DNA of 50,584 bases, taken from an uncultured Flavobacteriales bacterium. GTDB lineage: Bacteria; Bacteroidota; Bacteroidia; Flavobacteriales; UBA7312. Location: NCBI GenBank assembly GCA_963991165.1, contig CAXDOW010000003.1, forward strand, positions 1-50,584. The letters are read 5' to 3'. Both the position numbers and the translations under genes were made by a program. Below the pieces are notes generated by a model, which was not told where the DNA came from, ran no database searches, and was given only the letters and a program-made list of their open reading frames with translations. Each line of letters begins with the position of its first letter. Position 1 is the first letter of the stretch. Shown here one piece after another: positions 46,118 to 50,584 of this stretch.

Positions 46118-47641
46118 CTAGTAATATCCAGCCCGTCTTGGGCTTTTAAAATATGTAATTTCATCGGGTTCGTCAGACGCTAAACGTACAAGCCCGCCTT
46201 GTCTAAAACGTAAAAGAGCTTGTGTTGTTGCATCAACTAAGTCGTCATGTTCACCCGCAGGAAAAGAAGCAAACTCTTCCACTACTTCTTCTGCCCATCT
46301 GGTTTGTGGGTACCATACCATTCCCGAAGCAAAGAAATCCGTAATCGCATTGACTCTGGTAATCTTGTCATTTCCTCTGGTTGGGGTATAATCTTGTATA
46401 GGAATACCCATACTCCTTAATTCATGAATTAGAGGTGAACCTGCTGCTTTAGCCTCTATAATACAACAATCCGGTTCATAGTCTCTATAAAGTTCTAATG
46501 CTTTCTGTTTTAAGTCAGGGAACTCTAATCTATCTTTAAATGCATCTAATATAATAATCTGATTATCCTGTGAGTTATCATCTTCATCATCTCGGCGAAA
46601 GATACCTAACGTAACACATGCTGAGTAGTCAGCACGTGTGCTTCTTGAATAAGCTGTATCCCAAGACTGGATAATATAATTACAAGCTGGAGGTCTATCT
46701 CCTTCCCAAACTTTCCACCACTCTTTTTTAATCATCGCTCCTTCAGCACCTGTCGGCTCTTGCATATATTGAGCTGACCATTTGTGAGCAGGTAATTCAT
46801 CTTTTAGAGCGGTTAATTCTTTTAAATCCCAAAACTCAGGCCAAAGAGGTTTACCACTTGGCATAATCGCAGGAAACTCTATAACCTCCCATTCTTCTCC
46901 ACCTCTTTGAACAGAAGCTTTTACAACTTGAGCTGTTAAATCTCTTTTTCCCCAGCGAGTCATCACGATCACAATTGCTCCGCCCGGTTGCAAACGCTGT
47001 CTAGGCCCAGAAGAATACCACTCGTACACTTTGTCGTAGATATCAGGATTCACTTCTGCCAAAACAGCTTCTTGCTCAGAATGGGGGTCGTCTATAATAA
47101 GTAAGTCCGCACCTTTACCTGTTACAGCTCCCCCCACCCCGATAGCAAAATAGGTACCACCATGACTAGTATTCCACCGACCTGCGGCTTTTGAATCAGA
47201 TTGAAGTGATACGTTTGGAAAAACCTCTTTATAAATAGGGTTATCCACTAGATTTCTTACTTTTCTACCAAAATCTGTAGCCAATTCTGCCGTATGTGAG
47301 GTTTGAATGACTTTTTTATTAGGGAATCTACCTAGATACCACGATGGTAACAAATAACTAGCGAACTCAGACTTAGTATGTCTGGGTGGCATGTTCACAA
47401 TTAATCTTTTTAGTTCTCCTTTAGCAACTTTCTCAAAAGCTTCTGCCATGATCTTGTGATGTCTGCCATTAATAAACTCAGGCCACATGTGCTTTACATA
47501 GTCAAGAAAACTATTTTGTGATTTTGTTTTAATTTTGCGTTTGTTAAGTTCTTCTAAAATCCGCTTTACAGTGTCTTGTTTCTCCACTGGTAAGTTTGGA
47601 ATTGCTTTTAAGATCTTATCACGCTCTAGTTCTTCTATCAT
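46118..47641 (-). CDS. terL: Terminase large subunit
   Basis: MPPRHTKS Walker A, LLIIDDP Walker B, VMTRW, SWDTA, IEAKAAG, HDDLVDA nuclease motifs. Confidence 0.95.
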   Translation of the reverse strand: MIEELERDKILKAIPNLPVEKQDTVKRILEELNKRKIKTKSQNSFLDYVKHMWPEFINGRHHKIMAEAFEKVAKGELKRLIVNMPPRHTKSEFASYLLPSWYLGRFPNKKVIQTSHTAELATDFGRKVRNLVDNPIYKEVFPNVSLQSDSKAAGRWNTSHGGTYFAIGVGGAVTGKGADLLIIDDPHSEQEAVLAEVNPDIYDKVYEWYSSGPRQRLQPGGAIVIVMTRWGKRDLTAQVVKASVQRGGEEWEVIEFPAIMPSGKPLWPEFWDLKELTALKDELPAHKWSAQYMQEPTGAEGAMIKKEWWKVWEGDRPPACNYIIQSWDTAYSRSTRADYSACVTLGIFRRDDEDDNSQDNQIIILDAFKDRLEFPDLKQKALELYRDYEPDCCIIEAKAAGSPLIHELRSMGIPIQDYTPTRGNDKITRVNAITDFFASGMVWYPQTRWAEEVVEEFASFPAGEHDDLVDATTQALLRFRQGGLVRLASDEPDEITYFKSPRRAGYY

Positions 47642-48144
47642 TCCGTAACTTCTTTGACCTCGACATCTATATAATCACCTACTAACTTAAATAATTCTTT
47701 TTCTAAATCTTCTGTACTTCTAGTACCGATAGTTATCTCAGTTCGTTCGGCAAACAATCCTACGTCTGCAATCTTACCTATAAGTTCTATGGCACGTATT
47801 TGTATTTTAGGATCTGGGTCAGACATGAGTTCTATTAACTTATTAGTAGCAACAGTCCTTAACTGGGCTGCGTCTTTTGCTACCTGCATGTCGTATTCTG
47901 TTAGTATCGCTCCGAGCTTGATAGCAGCTCCGGGCTTGAATATTTCTTTTGTTTTTAGTGGTGAATCTTTTTTTAGGATGCTCTGTGCAAAGAGTTCATC
48001 TTCTGTATCGACCTCAATCGGCATACCTTTAGCATTTAATGTTAATGCAGTTTGGCAAGCTACTTTAGCTTTCTCATAAGTATCTTTATACTCGTGATTC
48101 TTTGTAGGTATCGCCATGTCCTTGTCAATGTGAAGAAATTCCAT
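47638..48144 (-). CDS. Putative terminase small subunit
   Basis: Directly upstream of TerL; RAIELIGKIADVGLF motif. Confidence 0.6.
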   Translation of the reverse strand: MEFLHIDKDMAIPTKNHEYKDTYEKAKVACQTALTLNAKGMPIEVDTEDELFAQSILKKDSPLKTKEIFKPGAAIKLGAILTEYDMQVAKDAAQLRTVATNKLIELMSDPDPKIQIRAIELIGKIADVGLFAERTEITIGTRSTEDLEKELFKLVGDYIDVEVKEVTE

Positions 48145-48152
48145 GTAACTAA

Positions 48153-48181
48153 ATAATATATAACAAAAAACGGAATATCAA
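48153..48181 (-). promoter_or_regulatory. Sigma70-type promoter for the late strand
   Basis: - strand TTGATA, 17 bp, TATTAT, ending 8 nt before the ATG at 48144. Confidence 0.55.
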
Positions 48182-48296
48182 CTATTTAATTGACGGGGGG
48201 GTCTTTTTGAGAATGTTTTTGATAAATTGTGCAGATTAATATACACATATATGCCCCCCCTCCTGACACAGATGGGGGGGTCGGGTACCCGTGCCC

Positions 48297-48311
48297 TGCT
48301 GCAATGCAGCA
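48297..48311. promoter_or_regulatory. 15-bp palindrome, candidate regulator site
   Basis: TGCTGCA-A-TGCAGCA; related GCTGCACTGCAACA at 49003-49016. Confidence 0.5.
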
Positions 48312-48354
48312 AAAAAACAATGCCATACCCCCCAAAAAAAGTTAAAAAAAACTT

Positions 48355-48401
48355 AAAAAAGTTTTAAATATTGGGAACTTTACATGAAACATACACTCTC
48401 A
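48355..48401 (+). promoter_or_regulatory. Early promoter 1 (A-tract + GGAACTT-N16-TCTCA)
   Basis: 28-bp block identical to 49817-49844; RpoE-like geometry. Confidence 0.65.
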
Positions 48402-48435
48402 TATATACCAACAACAAAAAATAAGGAGCTTTAAA

Positions 48436-48750
48436 ATGAACTACGATCTTTATGAATTAATTAGCATTGTTTTATTAATTGGTTTGTCTGTATTCTCTCT
48501 TTACTTTGTTATTAGTGAGATGATGTTTAACAAAGCAGTACAGAAACAGCGAGAGATATTAAGAGAGCATAAGCTACGCAATAGACTAGCAAAGGTAGAT
48601 CCATTGTTTAGCTTGAAGCAATTACAAAATGCTAATTGGGCACAACGTAATAACAAGCCTACCATTGTGTTAGCCAGAATGAATCAGGCCGACTACAACT
48701 GGAGAAGGCAACGTGACTACAACAGCCCACAACTAGAACTATTTAATTAA
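48436..48750 (+). CDS. Early hypothetical protein with N-terminal TM helix
   Basis: RBS TAAGGAG; LISIVLLIGLSVFSLYFVI. Confidence 0.7.
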   Translation: MNYDLYELISIVLLIGLSVFSLYFVISEMMFNKAVQKQREILREHKLRNRLAKVDPLFSLKQLQNANWAQRNNKPTIVLARMNQADYNWRRQRDYNSPQLELFN

Positions 48751-48755
48751 CCAAC

Positions 48756-48779
48756 GGGGGGATTCTCCCCCCACTTTTT
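48756..48779 (+). terminator. Intrinsic terminator
   Basis: GGGGGGA-TTC-TCCCCCC then ACTTTTT. Confidence 0.65.
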
Positions 48780-48793
48780 AAGGAGGAAGTAAA

Positions 48794-48904
48794 ATGAGTT
48801 ATTCATACAGACATAGGAAGAAGTTAATCAAAAGAGGTCAATGGCCGTATTTCAGCCCATGGAAAAGAATAAGAGATAGTTGGAAGTTTCCATCGAAGAA
48901 ATAA
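48794..48904 (+). CDS. Small cationic Trp-rich peptide not in the ORF track (36 aa)
   Basis: RBS TAAGGAGG; MSYSYRHRKKLIKRGQWPYFSPWKRIRDSWKFPSKK; terminator follows. Confidence 0.6.
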   Translation: MSYSYRHRKKLIKRGQWPYFSPWKRIRDSWKFPSKK

Positions 48905-48909
48905 CCAGC

Positions 48910-48941
48910 AAGGGAGGCGAAAGTCTCCCTTCTCTTTTTTT
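48910..48941 (+). terminator. Intrinsic terminator
   Basis: AAGGGAGGC-GAAA-GTCTCCCTT then T tract. Confidence 0.8.
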
Positions 48942-48969
48942 AGTTCGAAGAACTGGTATCAGTTTCGAC

Positions 48970-48994
48970 CTCTCCTGTCGTAGCTTCTCTCCTC
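48970..48994 (+). repeat. 25-bp spacer repeat, copy 1
   Basis: CTCTCCTGTCGTAGCTTCTCTCCTC; 23/25 identical to 49747-49771. Confidence 0.8.
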
Positions 48995-49070
48995 GTTTGC
49001 ACGCTGCACTGCAACAAAAAACCTCTAAAAAATATCCAAAAAATAACAGTGTTACATTCAAAAAAAGTTA

Positions 49071-49117
49071 AAAAAAGTTTTATTTATTTGGAACTTTATA
49101 TGCAAACTACCGTCCTA
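49071..49117 (+). promoter_or_regulatory. Early promoter 2 (A-tract + GGAACTT-N16-TCCTA)
   Basis: 25/28 match to the block in promoters 1 and 3. Confidence 0.6.
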
Positions 49118-49154
49118 CTAATACGAGTAACGTATTTTATAGGAGGTCAATACC

Positions 49155-49655
49155 ATGACTGAAAAACTTAGTAGGACTGCAGTGAACACTGCTATTAAAA
49201 GTGCCATCTCCGGCGAGATGGGTGTCTCTAAAAGATGGAAGGAAACTGCTAGTATTTGCCTAGCGTATTTCGGGGCAAGTAATAACAATCACTTCCTTCT
49301 CGCAAACGCTGGTGTTATGGCTATGCAAAAGCTTAAGGGCTTGCACTCTGCAGAGGAGATCAAAGAGTTTAAAGCGACTCTAAAGTCCCTCCGCACTGAT
49401 GTTGTCAACATGGCTGAGAGTTTAAAGCACTCGAACCCTAGGTTATGTTGGAAGCGTTTGCTTCAATACATGAAGGACGAATCAGGGCTTGCCCATTTCA
49501 AGCAAGCTACTGTTCAACGCACTGATGATAAGAAGTTTTGTACCTTCATTTCGTCAGCCTCAAAACTCAGTGAAGCTATGCCTCAAGAAGTTCAGGATAA
49601 ATTCCTAGACTTGTATGAGGTAATGGTTAGCCTTGAGTTAATCAAAGAGAAGTAA
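49155..49655 (+). CDS. Early hypothetical protein, paralog A
   Basis: RBS AGGAGG; shares FLLAN, HSNPxLCWxRxLxYMKxxSGLxHFKQ with 49923..50459. Confidence 0.8.
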   Translation: MTEKLSRTAVNTAIKSAISGEMGVSKRWKETASICLAYFGASNNNHFLLANAGVMAMQKLKGLHSAEEIKEFKATLKSLRTDVVNMAESLKHSNPRLCWKRLLQYMKDESGLAHFKQATVQRTDDKKFCTFISSASKLSEAMPQEVQDKFLDLYEVMVSLELIKEK

Positions 49656-49676
49656 TCACTAACACGTTACTCGTAG

Positions 49677-49699
49677 GGGGGCGAAAGCCCCCTTTTTTT
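49677..49699 (+). terminator. Intrinsic terminator
   Basis: GGGGGC-GAAA-GCCCCC-TTTTTTT. Confidence 0.9.
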
Positions 49700-49746
49700 G
49701 TGCCTGAAATTTCCCGACGTTTTCGGGAACTGGTGTCAAATAAAAA

Positions 49747-49771
49747 CTCTCCTGTCTTAGCCTCTCTCCTC
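49747..49771 (+). repeat. 25-bp spacer repeat, copy 2
   Basis: CTCTCCTGTCTTAGCCTCTCTCCTC. Confidence 0.8.
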
Positions 49772-49816
49772 ATCCCAAAATTTAAAAAAGTAACACTGTT
49801 ACTTTTTAGAAAAAGC

Positions 49817-49863
49817 AAAAAAGTTTTAAATATTGGGAACTTTATAGGTGAATATTTGACTAA
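49817..49863 (+). promoter_or_regulatory. Early promoter 3 (A-tract + GGAACTT-N16-ACTAA)
   Basis: 28-bp block identical to 48355-48382. Confidence 0.65.
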
Positions 49864-49922
49864 CATATATGTCCAGCAGTTGTGGGCATATTTCACTTAA
49901 TTTTAACTTTGGAGGTATTACC

Positions 49923-50459
49923 ATGAAAGATCCAAAAAGTAACACTGTTACATCTTATCCTGCTCAACTTAAGAAGTTTTCAGATGCGTTAGTTAAAGCA
50001 TTTGATGCTGATGCGGCGGTTACTCACACGTGGAGCGAATGTGCTGATGTTGGGTTGGCAACATGGGGTTCGGACAATGAGAATAAGTTCTTATTGGCTA
50101 ACGTGCCACAGTTGCGTGGTCGTCTTATCGACTCTGGCATTTCGCCTGATGAGATTAAGAGTTGGAAAGAGCGGTTAAAAACTGCTCGGGGTATGGTTGT
50201 TGACTACGCAAAGCAACGCAACCATTCCAATCCAAACCTATGCTGGACACGTATGCTTAATTACATGAAGCAACGCAGTGGGTTGTCGCACTTCAAGCAG
50301 CTCACGAAAGAGTCTACGCCAACTGATAAGTTCTTAGCAGCTCTGGCACAGATTGCCAAACACCTCGATGATGCTGAACTACGTGATGATACACGTGAAG
50401 CCGCTCACGAATTAGTAGGTGCGGCGATGCTCGATGGGCATTTGAAAGATAAAAAGTAA
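49923..50459 (+). CDS. Early hypothetical protein, paralog B
   Basis: RBS GGAGG before ATG at 49923; paralog of 49155..49655. Confidence 0.8.
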   Translation: MKDPKSNTVTSYPAQLKKFSDALVKAFDADAAVTHTWSECADVGLATWGSDNENKFLLANVPQLRGRLIDSGISPDEIKSWKERLKTARGMVVDYAKQRNHSNPNLCWTRMLNYMKQRSGLSHFKQLTKESTPTDKFLAALAQIAKHLDDAELRDDTREAAHELVGAAMLDGHLKDKK

Positions 50460-50479
50460 CACTGTTACTTTTTCAATAC

Positions 50480-50509
50480 AGGGAGAGTCAAGCGGCTCTC
50501 CCTTTTTTT
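50480..50509 (+). terminator. Intrinsic terminator
   Basis: AGGGAGAGTC-AAGC-GGCTCTCCCT then T tract. Confidence 0.85.
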
Positions 50510-50584
50510 GTCTCTTTTTTGTTACAAAAATAACACTGTTACTTTTTTACTACATTCTAAACCCTGATGGGTCAGGAACTGGTC

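Larger units (their letters stand above)
49043..50542. repeat. Dispersed 13-bp palindrome GTAACA(C/G)TGTTAC, five copies
   Basis: 49043-49055, 49790-49802, 49939-49951, 50456-50468, 50530-50542 (first and last begin with A). Confidence 0.85.

Noticed and set aside
48970-48994. CsrA/RsmA-binding GGA motifs on the - strand of the 25-bp repeat
   Set aside because: Only two GGA motifs, not in clear hairpin loops, and no - strand promoter seen
48330-50584. Early-region repeats as a CRISPR array or integron
   Set aside because: Repeats are separated by whole genes with their own promoters, spacing is irregular, no integrase is present and I could not fit attC core sites
1-50584. tRNA genes, alternative genetic code, terminal redundancy
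   Set aside because: No cloverleaf noticed; long genes are intact in the standard code; the window ends do not overlap

Overview
The window is an AT-rich, apparently near-complete dsDNA tailed phage genome (Caudoviricetes). It has a podovirus-like layout with large internal ejection proteins and no tape measure or sheath gene. There are three modules. (1) 1-11.4 kb, mostly + strand, is DNA replication: DUF3310-like protein, family A DNA polymerase (Leu762 type), Cas4-like nuclease, HNH-like protein, SF2 helicase, two putative ssDNA-binding/recombination proteins, an HTH protein and an AEP primase/DUF927-type helicase, plus a small inverted GNAT+HNH pair. (2) 11.5-48.1 kb, - strand, is the late operon: terminase, portal, GroES, scaffold, major capsid, many small basic proteins, head-tail proteins, tail fibres including a 7x LamG protein, an MT-A70 methyltransferase, holin, M15 endolysin and ejection proteins. 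(3) 48.2-50.6 kb, + strand, is an early region of repeated promoter-gene-terminator cassettes. No integrase, tRNA or CRISPR array was seen. The most interesting signals are non-coding: a candidate ~80-nt sRNA at the convergent junction, complementary to the RBS/start codons of several replication genes; two compact double-pseudoknot-like elements with the same pairing order; three RpoE-like early promoters; and a repeated 13-bp operator palindrome. In addition, two adjacent ejection proteins carry their only cysteines at their shared gene junction. All family assignments come from reading motifs by eye, not from database searches.
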